DNA of 64,000 bases from an uncultured Deinococcaceae bacterium (GCA_964252075.1 CAXULY010000014.1:1-64000); one strand, 5' to 3'. Shown: positions 1 through 10,900, counted from the stretch's first letter. Translations and numbers: made by a program. The notes: a model not told the origin generated them from the letters alone.

Positions 1-2
1 CC

Positions 3-53
3 GATGATGCCGCCGGCGCTCGCCTCCTCTACCTCAACGTTAAACCCAAGTAA
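3..53 (+). CDS. 3' end of an upstream gene (...DDAAGARLLYLNVKPK*), possibly a sugar/peptide ABC substrate-binding protein; partial
   Basis: Open frame with GC3-rich codons ending in TAA at 51-53, followed by a hairpin and the RBS of the GH4 gene. Product guessed from context only. Confidence 0.4.
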   Translation, partial: DDAAGARLLYLNVKPK

Positions 54-66
54 GCGCAGGTCCACG

Positions 67-98
67 CCACACCGCCGTTCACTTCACCGGCGGTGTGG
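67..98 (+). terminator. Intercistronic hairpin (attenuator or mRNA stabiliser)
   Basis: Perfect 11-bp stem CCACACCGCCG / CGGCGGTGTGG with a 10-nt loop and no U-tract. Confidence 0.55.
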
Positions 99-125
99 TC
101 CGTGTGCCCCCGCGAAAGGACACCC

Positions 126-1409
126 ATGGCAGCCATCCACATCACGTACATCGGGGGCGGCAGCACGCGCGCGCCCGGCACGGTGGCGTCGTTTCTGCAG
201 CAGGCGGAGCAGTTCCGCGGTTCGCACATCACCCTGCATGACCTGGACGCCGACCGCCTGGCGCTTACGCACCGCCTCGCGCAGCGCATGATTGACGCGC
301 AGGGCGCGCCCCTCACGGTGAGCGCCACGCTCGACCGGACCGCCGCGCTGACCGACGCGGACGCCGTGCTGTCCAGCTACCGCCCGGGCGGCTTCGAGGC
401 GCGCGTGCTGGACGAGCGCCTGCCGCTGCAGCGGCACCTGATCGGCCAGGAGACGCAGGGCGCCGGTGGGTTCTTCATGGCCCAGCGCGCCATTCACGTG
501 GCGCGGGGCCTCGTGGCGGACATGGAGCGCGTGTGCCCGAACGCCATGCTGTTCAATTACACCAACCCCGTGAACATCGTGGCACAGGCCGTCGCGGACC
601 ACAGCCCGGTGCGGGTGGTGTCGCTGTGCGAGGGCCCCATCGTGTTCCCGCGCGAACTCGCCGCGCTGGCGGGCCTTGACCCGGCGGGCGTGCGGGCCAC
701 CATGCTGGGCCTGAACCACGCCTGCTGGAGCACCGAGGCGACGCACGACGGCGCGCCGCTCCTGCCGAAACTTGCGGCGGCCCTCGAAGCGGGCGTCGAG
801 GACGAGTGGGCGCGGCGCTGGCTGCACCTGGCCGTCACCATGGACAGCGTGCCCGCGTCGTACATGAAGTACTACTACTACCGCGACGAGATGCTCGCGG
901 ACCTGCGCGCCAGGACCACCACGCGCGCGGAGGACATCCTCGCGGATGTCCCGTCGTACTGGCAGCACTACCGGGAGCAGGCGGACGCCGTGCACCCGCA
1001 GCTGGACCCGGCGCTGTCCAGGGGCGGCATCTTCGAGCTGGAAGTGGCGGTCGATGTGATGGACGCCATGTTCAATGACCGTCAGGAGGTGTGGCCCACC
1101 AACGTCGTGAACCACGGCGCCATTCAGGACTTCCCGGACAGCCTCGTGGTGGAGGTCCCGTGCCTCGTGAACCGCCTGGGCATCCGCCCGCTGGCGGGGC
1201 ACCGCCTGCCGGCGCCGGTGCGGGGCCTGCTGCTCGCGCTCGGTGAGTACCAGCAGCGCGCGGCGGACGCGGCGTGGTCCGGCACGCGCCTGGACGCCGT
1301 GCGGGCGCTGGCGAGCCACCCCCTGGTCCCCACCCTGCCGCTCGCGGAATCGCTGTACGACACCATGAGCGCCGCCCACCGCGCGTACCTGCCGGAGCGC
1401 CTGTGGTGA
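126..1409 (+). CDS. Family 4 glycoside hydrolase (6-phospho-beta-glucosidase / ChbF-like)
   Basis: GH4 motifs IGGGSTR, GQETQGAGG, NYTNP, LCEGP, GLNH; RBS AAAGGA before ATG 126. Confidence 0.9.
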   Translation: MAAIHITYIGGGSTRAPGTVASFLQQAEQFRGSHITLHDLDADRLALTHRLAQRMIDAQGAPLTVSATLDRTAALTDADAVLSSYRPGGFEARVLDERLPLQRHLIGQETQGAGGFFMAQRAIHVARGLVADMERVCPNAMLFNYTNPVNIVAQAVADHSPVRVVSLCEGPIVFPRELAALAGLDPAGVRATMLGLNHACWSTEATHDGAPLLPKLAAALEAGVEDEWARRWLHLAVTMDSVPASYMKYYYYRDEMLADLRARTTTRAEDILADVPSYWQHYREQADAVHPQLDPALSRGGIFELEVAVDVMDAMFNDRQEVWPTNVVNHGAIQDFPDSLVVEVPCLVNRLGIRPLAGHRLPAPVRGLLLALGEYQQRAADAAWSGTRLDAVRALASHPLVPTLPLAESLYDTMSAAHRAYLPERLW

Positions 1410-2122
1410 CGGTCGTGCTCGCGGACGCGGAGGCGCTGGCGCAGGCGGCGGCGGACTTCATCGCCGCGCGCATCGCACAGTCGCCCGCGCTGTCGGTGCT
1501 GGTCGCCACCGGGAACACCCCGATGGGGGCGTACGCGGAACTCGGGCGGCGCGCGCAGGCCGGTCAGCTGGACGCGAGCCACGTGACGGCCGTGCAGCTC
1601 GACGAGTACCTGGATGTGCCGGACGACGACCCGCGCAGCCTGTGGAGCTGGATGAACCGCAGTTTCCTGACGCCCCTGGGCATCCAGCGCGTGGTGCGGT
1701 TCCAGGCGCACACCCTGGAGCCCGCCGCGGCCTGCCGCCGGTACGTGGAGGACCTCGCCGCGCTGGGGCCGCTGGACCTCAGCGTCCTGGGCCTCGGGCC
1801 GAACGGCCACCTGGGCTTCAACGAACCGCCGAGCGCCGCCGACGCGCCCACCCGCGTGGTGCCGCTCAGTGACGAGAGCCGCGTGAGCAACGCCGCGTAC
1901 TGGTCGGGCCGCCCGGTGCCGGACGCGGCCCTCACGGCGGGCATGGACGTCATCCTCGCCGCGAGGGAGCAACTGCTGCTGGTGAGCGGCGCGCACAAGC
2001 ACGGCATCCTGCAGGCGGCGCTGCGCGGCCCCGTCACGCCGGACGTCCCCGCGAGCTTCCTGCAGGGCACCGCCCTGACGGTGATGGCCGACGCGGCGGC
2101 CTGGACGGGCCAGAACCCGTGA
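1406..2122 (+). CDS. nagB: Glucosamine-6-phosphate deaminase family protein
   Basis: ATGNTP, QLDEY and GLGPNGHLGFNEP motifs; GTGA overlap with the GH4 stop. Confidence 0.85.
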   Translation: MTVVLADAEALAQAAADFIAARIAQSPALSVLVATGNTPMGAYAELGRRAQAGQLDASHVTAVQLDEYLDVPDDDPRSLWSWMNRSFLTPLGIQRVVRFQAHTLEPAAACRRYVEDLAALGPLDLSVLGLGPNGHLGFNEPPSAADAPTRVVPLSDESRVSNAAYWSGRPVPDAALTAGMDVILAAREQLLLVSGAHKHGILQAALRGPVTPDVPASFLQGTALTVMADAAAWTGQNP

Positions 2123-3105
2123 CGCGCGCGCACTACCTGGGCATCGACGCGGGCAACACCAAGACCGTCGCGGTCCTCGCCGACCACACCGGTCAGGTCG
2201 TAGGCTTCGGGCGGTCGGGCGGCGCGAACATCTACGTGGACCATGAGGCCGCGCTCACCTCCCTGGACCACGCGGTCGGGGCGGCGCTGCGGGCGGCGTC
2301 CGTCACCGCCGAACACGTGCACGCCACCACCCTCAGTGCCGCCGGCGCGGACTGGCCCGAGGACTTCGAGGTGCTCGCCGAGGCGCTGCGCGCGCGCGGC
2401 TGGGGTGAGCGGCGCCAGGTCGTCAACGACGCCATCGGGGCGCTGCACGCCGGCATCGGGGATGCGGCGGGCGTGGCGGTGGTGTGCGGCACCAGCGCCG
2501 GCATCGCCGCGCGCGGCCCGGACGGCCGCACGTGGCACAGCAGTTACTGGCAGGAACCGGAGGGCGCCGAGGAGCTCGGCCAGCGCACCCTGCGCGCCGT
2601 GTACCGCGCGGCGCTCGGCATTGACCCTGGCACCACCCTCACCGCGCGCGTGCTGCACCACTACGCGCTGCCGGACCCCGAAGCGCTGCTGCACGCCTTC
2701 ACCGCCCGTCACGCGCCGCTGCACAACACGCCCGTGGGGGCCCTCGCGCGCCTGCTGCTGGACGAAGCGCAGCGGGGCGACCCCGTCAGCGTCGGGATCG
2801 TCACCCACCACGGCCGCGCGCTGGGCGATTACGTGCTGGCCGCCGCGCGCCAGGTGGGCCTGAGCGGCGCCTACCCAGTCGTCACGTCCGGCGGCGTGAT
2901 GCGGCACCCCAGCCCGGCCCTGCGCGGCGCCATGATGCGCCGCATCCACGAGGACGCCCCGCTCGCCACCGAACTGCCCGCACCGCACGAACCGGTGTTC
3001 GGCGCGGTCCTGCTGAGTTTCGCGCTCGCCCAGCTCCCCGCCACCGACGCGCGCTGCACGCAGCTGGGCGCCAGCATGCCCGCCCCGGCCTTCTTCCACA
3101 CGTGA
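2119..3105 (+). CDS. BadF/BadG/BcrA/BcrD-type sugar kinase (N-acetylglucosamine kinase-like)
   Basis: LGIDAGNTKT, VVNDA, VCGTS and SGGV ASKHA motifs; GTGA overlap. Confidence 0.85.
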   Translation: MTRAHYLGIDAGNTKTVAVLADHTGQVVGFGRSGGANIYVDHEAALTSLDHAVGAALRAASVTAEHVHATTLSAAGADWPEDFEVLAEALRARGWGERRQVVNDAIGALHAGIGDAAGVAVVCGTSAGIAARGPDGRTWHSSYWQEPEGAEELGQRTLRAVYRAALGIDPGTTLTARVLHHYALPDPEALLHAFTARHAPLHNTPVGALARLLLDEAQRGDPVSVGIVTHHGRALGDYVLAAARQVGLSGAYPVVTSGGVMRHPSPALRGAMMRRIHEDAPLATELPAPHEPVFGAVLLSFALAQLPATDARCTQLGASMPAPAFFHT

Positions 3106-3929
3106 CGGCCCCACATGGCGCGGTGCACGTCACGGCCCTGTTCGTGTACCCCATCAAATCCGCGGAGGGCGTCTTCGTGACGCGCGCGGTCCTCACGGAC
3201 CGCGGGGTGGCGGACGACCGCCGCTGGATGCTGGTGGGTGCGGACGGCGTGGCCATCACCCTGCGGGACAGCCCCAGCCTGCGCTGGGTTCAACCCGCGC
3301 TGACCGAGCAGTCGCTGCAGGTGCGGGCCCCCGGCATGCCGACCCTCACCCTCCCCCGCGAGCCGCAGGGCGCCGCCCGGCTGGTCTCCGTGTGGGGGCA
3401 GCCGATGGACGCTCTGGACGTCGGCGCGGACGCCAGTGCGTGGTTCTCCGCGTTCCTGAACCGGACCTGCCAGCTGGTGTTCATGCCGGACGCCTCGCAC
3501 CGCCCGCGCGCTGGGCGCCCGGATGGCGTGCCCCTCGCCTTCCAGGACGGCAACCCCGTGCACCTCGTCAGCGAGGCGTCCCTGGGTGACCTGAACCGCC
3601 GCCTGCCGCAGCCGGTGGACGCCCGGCGCTTCCGCCCCAACGTGGTGGTCTCCGGTGACCTGCCGTACAGCGAGGATTACTGGCGGCACGTGCGCATCGG
3701 GGACGTCACCTTCGACGTCGTGGAGAGCTGCGCGCGCTGCGGCGTCGTGAACATCAACGATGCCGGAGGCGCGAACGGCACCGTCCTGCGGACCCTGGCG
3801 TCGTACCGCCGCTGGGGACGCTTCATTCCCTTCGGGCAGCACCTCAATCACCACCAGCAGGGACCCCTGCACGTGGGGGACGCCGTGCACGTCCTCCAGC
3901 GCGCGGCGCACCCGAACCCGTCCGGCTAG
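3102..3929 (+). CDS. MOSC domain protein (MOSC_N + MOSC, YcbX/mARC-like)
   Basis: YPIKS, DRRWML, RRFRPNVVV, EDYW and CARC motifs; GTGA overlap. Confidence 0.9.
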   Translation: MTAPHGAVHVTALFVYPIKSAEGVFVTRAVLTDRGVADDRRWMLVGADGVAITLRDSPSLRWVQPALTEQSLQVRAPGMPTLTLPREPQGAARLVSVWGQPMDALDVGADASAWFSAFLNRTCQLVFMPDASHRPRAGRPDGVPLAFQDGNPVHLVSEASLGDLNRRLPQPVDARRFRPNVVVSGDLPYSEDYWRHVRIGDVTFDVVESCARCGVVNINDAGGANGTVLRTLASYRRWGRFIPFGQHLNHHQQGPLHVGDAVHVLQRAAHPNPSG

Positions 3930-4030
3930 CGAGTGCGGAGCGGCGTGCCGGTCACGCCGCTCCCGCACCGTGGGCGCGCGGGATGAACGCCGTCGCCCGG
4001 AGGGCGAACGTCCTCGGGTAGCATGGCGTC

Positions 4031-5839
4031 ATGCACGAGAGGGGCGGCGCGGCGCGCGTGGAGATCCTCGGGCCACCACGGGTGGTCCTCCCGGACGGTC
4101 GGGCGGTGCTCCTCGAAGGAAAGACCGCCGCGCTGCTCGCGTACCTCGCCCTGGAGGGCGCACAGCCGCGCGCCACGCTCGCCGCGCTGCTCTGGCCGGA
4201 CACCCTGCCGGGCGCCGCGAGGAACAACCTGGTGCACCTGGTGCGGCGGTTGCGGGCCCTGACGGGCCGCGCGCTGGTGGGTGGGCGCGAGACGCTGGCG
4301 CTGGCGCCCGACGTGATGGTCGACGCGCACGAAGACGCCGGGGACGCACCGGCGGCGTTGCTTGCGGGCCTGCACTTCGACGAGGACCACGCGCTGGCCG
4401 ACTGGCTGCTGGCGCGGCGGGAGGCGCTTGACGCGCGCCGCGCCCAGGTGCGACGCGCGCGCATTGACGCGCGGGCGGAGGCGGGCGACCTGGACGGCGC
4501 GCTGCGCCTCGCGGAAGAGCTGCTGGAAGGCGACCTCCTGGCGGAGGACGCGCACCGCCTCCTGATGACCCTGCACTACCGCAACGGGGACCGCCCGGCG
4601 GCCATGCGGGCCTACCGACGCTGCGAGGAGGTGCTCAGGCAGGAGGTGGGGGTGGCCCCCTCGCCCGACACGCGGCGGTTGGCCCGCGACGTCGAGTCCG
4701 GTGCGCTGCCCGCGCCCAGCCCGGCCTTCAGTGGCGTTCCGCTGGAGGTGCTGCGGCCCCCGGCGCTGATTGGCCGTGAGGCCGCGTGGGCCCAGCTGGA
4801 GGACGCGTGGCGCCACGGGCACAGCCTCGTGATCGAGGGCGGGCCGGGGAGCGGCAAGACGCGCCTCGCGACGGATTTCCTGCGCGCCCAGTCCACCCAC
4901 ACCGCCCTGCCCTTCGGCGGGCAGGCGGGCGATGCGGCGGTGCCCTCCGGTAGCCTGACGCGCTTTTGCCGTGACGTGCTCGCGGCGCCTTCGGCGGCCG
5001 AGCTTCCCGCGTGGGTGCGGCGCGCGCTCACGCACCTGGCCCCGAACGCGGACGCCCCCGGCGCGCCGCCGAAAGGTGCGCAGCTGCACGTGTTCGCGGC
5101 GCTCGCGGAGGCGGTGCAGCAGCGGGCCAGACGCCACCCCCTGGTCCTCGTGTGTGAAGACCTGCATCTGATGGACGACGCGAGCGTGCAGGCGGCGGCA
5201 TACCTGCTCTCGCACGTCCGGGGGGCGGCGGACCCCGAGGTCCGCGGCGTGCTGGTCCTGCAACCCGAACTATTATCCGGCGCCGCCGCGCGCGCCGTCG
5301 GGCGCCTGTCGGACGGCGGCCTGATGACGACCGTCAAAGCGGAACCCCTCACGCCACCCGACGTGGAGGCCCTGCTGGAGCACCTCGGGGTGCCGGACGC
5401 CGGGCGCCTGGGTGGCGACCTGCACGCGCTGACGGGTGGCGTCCCCCGCCCGCTGCTGAGCGCCGTGAAGCTCATGTTCCAGCGGGGCACCTTCGAGGCG
5501 CGGGTTGCCGTGGAACACCACCCGGACGGCGCGGCGGGCCTGCTGGCCGGGCGTCTGGCCGGGCTGTCCGACGTGGCGCTGCAGACCGTCCGCGCCGCCG
5601 CGGTGCTGCGCGGCGACCTCACGCCGGAGGGCGTCGCGGCGGTGCTGCGCTGCAGCCTGCTGGACGTGGCGGACGCCTGGGAGGAACTGGAGGCCGCTCA
5701 GCTGGTGCAGGGGGAGGGCGGAATGCATGAGGTGGTGGCGCAGGCCGTCCTCGACCAGACACCCGAGGTGATCCGCGCGCTGCTCGTTCGCTCGGCGGCC
5801 CGGGTGCTTCAGCAGGCGGGCCGCGCCCCCGAGCCGTAA
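4031..5839 (+). CDS. BTAD/SARP-type STAND transcriptional activator, short form with no C-terminal TPR array
   Basis: LLAYLALEG...LLWP...ARNNL wHTH; BTAD (AHRLLMTLHY...AYRRC); Walker A GGPGSGKT; Walker B VCEDLH; leaderless TAGCAT-N6-ATG. Confidence 0.85.
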   Translation: MHERGGAARVEILGPPRVVLPDGRAVLLEGKTAALLAYLALEGAQPRATLAALLWPDTLPGAARNNLVHLVRRLRALTGRALVGGRETLALAPDVMVDAHEDAGDAPAALLAGLHFDEDHALADWLLARREALDARRAQVRRARIDARAEAGDLDGALRLAEELLEGDLLAEDAHRLLMTLHYRNGDRPAAMRAYRRCEEVLRQEVGVAPSPDTRRLARDVESGALPAPSPAFSGVPLEVLRPPALIGREAAWAQLEDAWRHGHSLVIEGGPGSGKTRLATDFLRAQSTHTALPFGGQAGDAAVPSGSLTRFCRDVLAAPSAAELPAWVRRALTHLAPNADAPGAPPKGAQLHVFAALAEAVQQRARRHPLVLVCEDLHLMDDASVQAAAYLLSHVRGAADPEVRGVLVLQPELLSGAAARAVGRLSDGGLMTTVKAEPLTPPDVEALLEHLGVPDAGRLGGDLHALTGGVPRPLLSAVKLMFQRGTFEARVAVEHHPDGAAGLLAGRLAGLSDVALQTVRAAAVLRGDLTPEGVAAVLRCSLLDVADAWEELEAAQLVQGEGGMHEVVAQAVLDQTPEVIRALLVRSAARVLQQAGRAPEP

Positions 5840-5923
5840 CGCGCCCCGACCGCACCACCGGCGCGCTTCCCCAGTGCTGGGCCTGAGACCACCAGGGGAC
5901 TTCTCCGGGGCCCTGAGGTCCCG

Positions 5924-7063
5924 TCAGCGCGCGGGCTGCAGCGTGATGTTGATGTTCTGCCCGGGCGCCATGACGGTCGTTCCGTCCCCGCCGAACACGC
6001 CCAGCAGGTCGCCCGCGTTCACGTCCCCGTCCCCGTCGCGGTCAAGCCACGCGACCATCCGGTACTCCAGGCCCAGGGACAGGCCCGTCATGGTGTACGG
6101 AGCGCGGCGCCCGGAGGTCGTGATGGTGGTGGCCCGCGTGAAGCCCTGATCGCACCCCGCGCCGCCCGACCCGGCGGGCACGCACGCGAACACCACCGCG
6201 CCGGACAGGTCGGCGTCGGCCGTCAGGGTGCCGGTGATGGTCGGTCCTCCCGCCGCGCCCCCTCGCTGGGGTGCCGCGTCACCCGGGGCGCCGCTCACAC
6301 TGTCCGCGCGCGCCGCCGGGGCGGTCGCCCGCTCGGGGTGGCGGACCTCCACGTTCAGGGCGGGGTTCGGAGACCACAGGTCCTTCAGGAAGTCGCCCGT
6401 GAAGCTGCTGCCCCATTCACGCAGGACGCTCCCGTCGCCCTTCTGGCGCACCTGCAACGGTCGACCGTTCTCGGTGGCCGTGACGGTGTACGTGCCGTAC
6501 ATGACGTTCACGACGAACCAGCCCGCGAGGTGCACGGGCCGGACAACCAGCGCTTTGCCGCGGCTGCCGTCGGCGAGCGTCCCGACGGGCGTGAGGGTCA
6601 GGACGACGTGGCTGAAATCAATCTCACCGTCGGAACCCACGCCGCGCTGCACGGTGACGACGCCCAGGTTGCCGTACGGCGTGGAGGTGTCGGGTTTCAG
6701 CACGAAGTTCACGACGCCCCCAACGTTGCCCGGCACGACCGACTCCCCTTTGGGCGTGAGGGTGATGGGGATGCGGCTGCCGTGGTACTCCAGCGTCGTT
6801 TTGGCGCTGACCCTGAAGGTGACGGGCATGCCCGTCACCTTCAGGGCGTAGTGGCCCTGGGCGTCCGTGTGCGTGATGAGGTTGCTGTTGTACCCCAGGG
6901 TGTTGTCCGCCACGACCTCGACCCGCGCGAGCGGCTGACCCTGGGCGTTCGTGACGGTGCCGGTGATGAAACCCCGCTGCGCCCCGGTCTGGGCGGGCTT
7001 CGCCAGGACCGGCACGGACGCCGAGGTGAGCAGGATCAGGGCCATCAGGTGAATGCGCTTCAT
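5924..7063 (-). CDS. Secreted protein: carboxypeptidase-regulatory-like beta-sandwich domain plus a C-terminal domain with a DxDGDG calcium-binding-like motif
   Basis: RBS AAGGAG; signal peptide MKRIHLMALILLTSASVPVLA; ITGTVTNAQGQPLARVEV...TDAQGHY; C-terminal AWLDRDGDGDVNAGD; clear paralog of 14013-14810. Confidence 0.75.
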   Translation of the reverse strand: MKRIHLMALILLTSASVPVLAKPAQTGAQRGFITGTVTNAQGQPLARVEVVADNTLGYNSNLITHTDAQGHYALKVTGMPVTFRVSAKTTLEYHGSRIPITLTPKGESVVPGNVGGVVNFVLKPDTSTPYGNLGVVTVQRGVGSDGEIDFSHVVLTLTPVGTLADGSRGKALVVRPVHLAGWFVVNVMYGTYTVTATENGRPLQVRQKGDGSVLREWGSSFTGDFLKDLWSPNPALNVEVRHPERATAPAARADSVSGAPGDAAPQRGGAAGGPTITGTLTADADLSGAVVFACVPAGSGGAGCDQGFTRATTITTSGRRAPYTMTGLSLGLEYRMVAWLDRDGDGDVNAGDLLGVFGGDGTTVMAPGQNINITLQPAR

Positions 7064-7111
7064 GGGAGCTCCTTGCCGCGGGCCTGCAAGGCGGGCTCCG
7101 CTGGTGAGCCC

Positions 7112-7146
7112 ACCGTGCCAGGGCGGGAATGGCAGCGGGGTGACGG
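7112..7146 (-). promoter_or_regulatory. Cargo promoter copy 1 (11-bp-spaced direct repeat plus -10)
   Basis: Minus strand ccGTCAccccgctGCCAttcccgccctggCACGGT. Confidence 0.7.
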
Positions 7147-7232
7147 CGGTGCCGCGCCCCCGGCCCTGAGGTGCACGTCGTGCGTGGGCGCGCCCGCCGC
7201 GCGTGAGTGACCCGACGCTTCGCGCGGTGGGT

Positions 7233-7267
7233 CCGTCATCCTCGCACCACCGCGACCTTCCTACGGT
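7233..7267 (+). promoter_or_regulatory. Cargo promoter copy 2
   Basis: ccGTCAtcctcgcACCAccgcgaccttccTACGGT. Confidence 0.7.
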
Positions 7268-7337
7268 GTGGGCGGAACGAGGACGGACCTCGTGAACGCA
7301 CCCTGCCCGCGGCGCACGCCGCACCCTGGAGGACCCC

Positions 7338-7919
7338 ATGAACGCACCGAAACTGGATCTTCGCCTGCTCGGCCTCACCACCGCGATCTGCGCCCCCGCC
7401 ATGTTCATCGAGACCCTGCGGCATGTCCGCAACGGCCCGGAGGACGTCCTGAGCCACGTGCTGTACGGCCTGTTCTCGTTCGGCTGGCTGTGCGCCCTGC
7501 TGGGCCTGCGGCAACTCCGCGCGGCGGGCGCCGGCAAGTTCGGGCGGGGCCTCGTCACGGTCGCGGTGGTGACGGGCACGCTCGCCATCGGTCAGACCTT
7601 CATGGACCTGCTGCATGTGCCCAGGAGCCAGCCGCTGTACATGGTGACGGACCTCGCGTGGCCCGTGACCATGCTGCTGACCTTCATCATCAGCATCGCC
7701 GCACTGTTCGCGCGGACCCTGCCTGCGTGGGGCCGCGCGGTGCTGCTGTTCTGCTCCATGTCCCTGCCCGTGGGTGCGGGCCTCGCGGCGCTGCACGTGC
7801 AGCTGCCCTTCGACACCTTCGGCCCGCACACCGCCATCGGCTGGGCGCTGTGGGGCGTGATGCTGGTGGTGCTCGGGCAGCGCCGGGCGGTCGAGCGCCC
7901 GTCCGTCCTCGCCGCCTGA
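7338..7919 (+). CDS. Multi-pass membrane protein of unknown function (paralog of 35084-35665)
   Basis: RBS GGAGG; about 6 hydrophobic segments; shares LYGLFSxGW, GQTxMDLLHVP and TDLAWP with the paralog. Confidence 0.8.
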   Translation: MNAPKLDLRLLGLTTAICAPAMFIETLRHVRNGPEDVLSHVLYGLFSFGWLCALLGLRQLRAAGAGKFGRGLVTVAVVTGTLAIGQTFMDLLHVPRSQPLYMVTDLAWPVTMLLTFIISIAALFARTLPAWGRAVLLFCSMSLPVGAGLAALHVQLPFDTFGPHTAIGWALWGVMLVVLGQRRAVERPSVLAA

Positions 7920-7927
7920 CGCGCCCA

Positions 7928-7978
7928 CAACAGCAAGACGGCGTGCTCCCTGCGTGGGGGCACGCCGTCCTGGTGTTG
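7928..7978. terminator. Long hairpin between convergent genes (probable bidirectional terminator)
   Basis: GACGGCGTGCtCCC-tgcgt-GGGgGCACGCCGTC core, extended by CAACA/TGTTG. Confidence 0.65.
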
Positions 7979-7985
7979 GAGCGGG

Positions 7986-10900
7986 TCAGGTGACCAGCGC
8001 GCCGTGCTCGATGGCTGTTGCCAGCGGCGTCGCCATGAATTCCTCGCGCCACGGGGCGGGCAGGCGCGCGGCCGCGCGGTGCAGCCACGTCCGGGCGTCC
8101 TCGAAGGCGGCCGCGGCGCGCGGGTCCGCCGCGCGGCGCCACACCAGGGCGCGCGTGAGCAGCAGTTCACCGGGGCTCACCACGCTCTCCGGCGCCTGCA
8201 GTTCGGGCAGTTCGGGTGGCAGGTTCAGCGTGAGCTGCGCGCGGGCGAGGCGCACCTGCGCGGCGACCTCCAGGCCGCGCAGGTGGTGGTGCCGCGCCTG
8301 AGCGCGGGCCTCCTGCAGCAAGGGCAGCGCCTGCGCTGCGGGGAGCAGCGCCGCGCGCTCCAGCTGCACGCGCGGCCACCAGTACACGTCCTCGTGAACT
8401 TGCAGGAGCGCCTCGGCGGCGGCGAGGGCCGCGAGCGCCTCAGGCATGTGCCCGTGGGCGGCAAGCACTGCCGCCCACATGCTGTGCCGGTCCACGTCCA
8501 GGCTGCTGGAGTAGCGGTCGGACGCCATGACGCGCTCCGCCGCCGCCCGCGCCGCCTCCAGCTGGCCGAGGTCGAGCAGCAGTCGGGCGCGGTGCAGCTC
8601 CAGCACGTCCAGCCAGTCGCTTTCCGTCTCGCGGTGCGCCTGCTGCGCCGCGTCGATGGCGATGAGCGCCGCTTCGTACTCGCCGAGCGCGTGCCAGCAC
8701 TGCACCGCCGTCCAGGTGTTGATGAGCCTGCGGATGCGGTAGCCGTCCAGGGTGCTCAGGTGCGCGGCGCCCCGTTTGGCGCTCACGAGTCCCGCCTGGA
8801 AGCGCCCCAGCTTGTGCTCCGTCCGGGCCTGCTTGTTCGCGCCGGACGCCGCGCCCGGCAGGTCCTGAATGCTCAGGCACAGCGCCTCCGCGTGCTGGAA
8901 GAGGCGCAGCGCCTCAGTGGGCGAGCGGTACGCGGCCACCTGCCCCAGGCCGTCGTACGCGATCGCCTGCCACGACACGTGGCCGAGCTCCTCGCTGAGC
9001 TCAAGCAGCCGCGTGAGCGCCGCCTGCGCCTCCTGCGGGCGGCGCGCGGTCAGCATGGCGCCCGCCATCGCCTCGTACAGTTCCGCCTCCAGCCGCAGGT
9101 CGCCCGTGCCCTGCACGAACGCGAGTCCCTCACGCACCACGCGCTCCATGGCCACGTCGTCGTTCAGGATGAACAGCAGGTGGCCGTGCATCAGGCTGGC
9201 CTGCGCGCGCTGGTGCGGCGTCTCGGCGCGCGACACCAGCGCGGCCACCACCTCGCGCTGCCGGGGGCGATCGTCCTCCAGTGCGCCGATCATCTGCGCC
9301 TGGCCCATCAGCGCCTCGAACGCCTCGTGCGGCCGCTCCAGGCGCTCGAACAGCTGCCCGGCCTGCGCGTAGAAGGCTTCCGCTTCCCTCGGGCGGTACG
9401 TAAAGCGCGCGGCGTCCGCCGCTTTCATCAGCCACTCCGCCGCTTCCGGTTCGCGCCCCCCACCCAGCCACTGCCCGGCCACGCGCGCGGGGGCGGCGTC
9501 GTGCGCCGCGAGTGTGCGGGCCGCCGACCGGTGCAGCAGGCGGCGCACCGACGGGGGGATGGCGTGCAGCACCGTCTCCGCGAGGAGGTCGTGGCTGAAG
9601 CGGTCGTTCACGACCACCTGCGCCTCCTGCAGTTCCTCCCAGGCGCCCGCCGCGTCCAGCAGCGGCAGGCCCAGCATCTCGGCGACGAGGTCCACCCCGA
9701 AGTCACGCTCCAGCACGCTCGCGGCGCGCGCCGCCTGGAGGGACGTGCGGGACAGCCGGTTCAGGCGCTGGGCGAGCAGGTGCTCCGCCCGCCGCACCCT
9801 GGGCAGCGCGGACGCACCCAGGTCCTCCGCCGGGTGGTCCAGCAGGTGCCGGACGGTCTCCAGCACCAGCAGGGGGTTCCCGCCGGTGAAGCGCAGCAGC
9901 CGCTCACCGAACGCCGGGTCCGCGGACGGCAGGTGCGCGGCGTCCAGTTCCTCCACCAGCGCCTCCACCGCACCCACCCCCAGGGGCTGCAGGTCCATCA
10001 GCACCGCCCGCCCGGACCCGAGGAGCGCCTCAATCAGCGCCGCGGCGCCCTCATCCAGGGCGCCGCGGCGGCAGGTCAGCACGCAGGGGCGCCCACCGGA
10101 CTGCGCCGTGAGCAGGGCGGCGCTCACGTCCGCTGAGGCGTCATCCATGAACTGCACGTCATCCAGCAGGATGCCCGCCGCGTCCTGCAGGCGCCGCGCG
10201 AACAGCGCCCCGATGGCCGCGTGCAGCGCCTCGCGCCCTCCAGCCAGGCCCTCCGGTGGTCCGGGGTGGTCCTCCCGCAGGGCGGGGAGCAGCACGCTCA
10301 GCGCGCGGCGCGCAGCGGCCTCCAGCGGCGGCGCGTCCGGCGCCGCGAGCAGCGCCTGCAGGGCGCGGGTGACGGTGGAGTACGGAACCGCCGCGTCGCC
10401 CGGCCGCCCGCTCAGGGTGAGGTGCGCGCCCCGGGCGGCGAGGAACTCCCCGGCGAGCCGGGACTTCCCCACGCCCGGCTCGCCCCGCAAGATGATGCAC
10501 CGCCCCGCCGCCCACGCCTCCTCCATCTGCGCCCACTCGGCGCTCCGCCCCACCAGCCGCGCGAGCTGCAGCACGCGCGCGGCCGGTGGGGGCGGCACGG
10601 GCGCGGCGGGCGTCAGGGCGTCCCCCTGCTCGATCAGGCGGTGCAGGTGCAGCGTGGCGGGCATGGGTTCCACCCCGAGTTCACGCGCGAGGTCGTCACG
10701 GTACGCGTTGAAGGTGCGCCTGGCGCCCGCCGCGTCGCCCCGCAGGTACTGCACGCGCATCAGGGCGCGCGCCGCCTCCTCCGAGAGGGGCTGGGCGTCC
10801 AGCACGGCGCGCAGCCCCCGCGCGGCCCCGGGCAGGTCCCCGGCCTCCTCCAGCTGCCGCGCGCGCGTCAGGGCGTGGCGGCTGGCGAGCAGGTCGAGGC

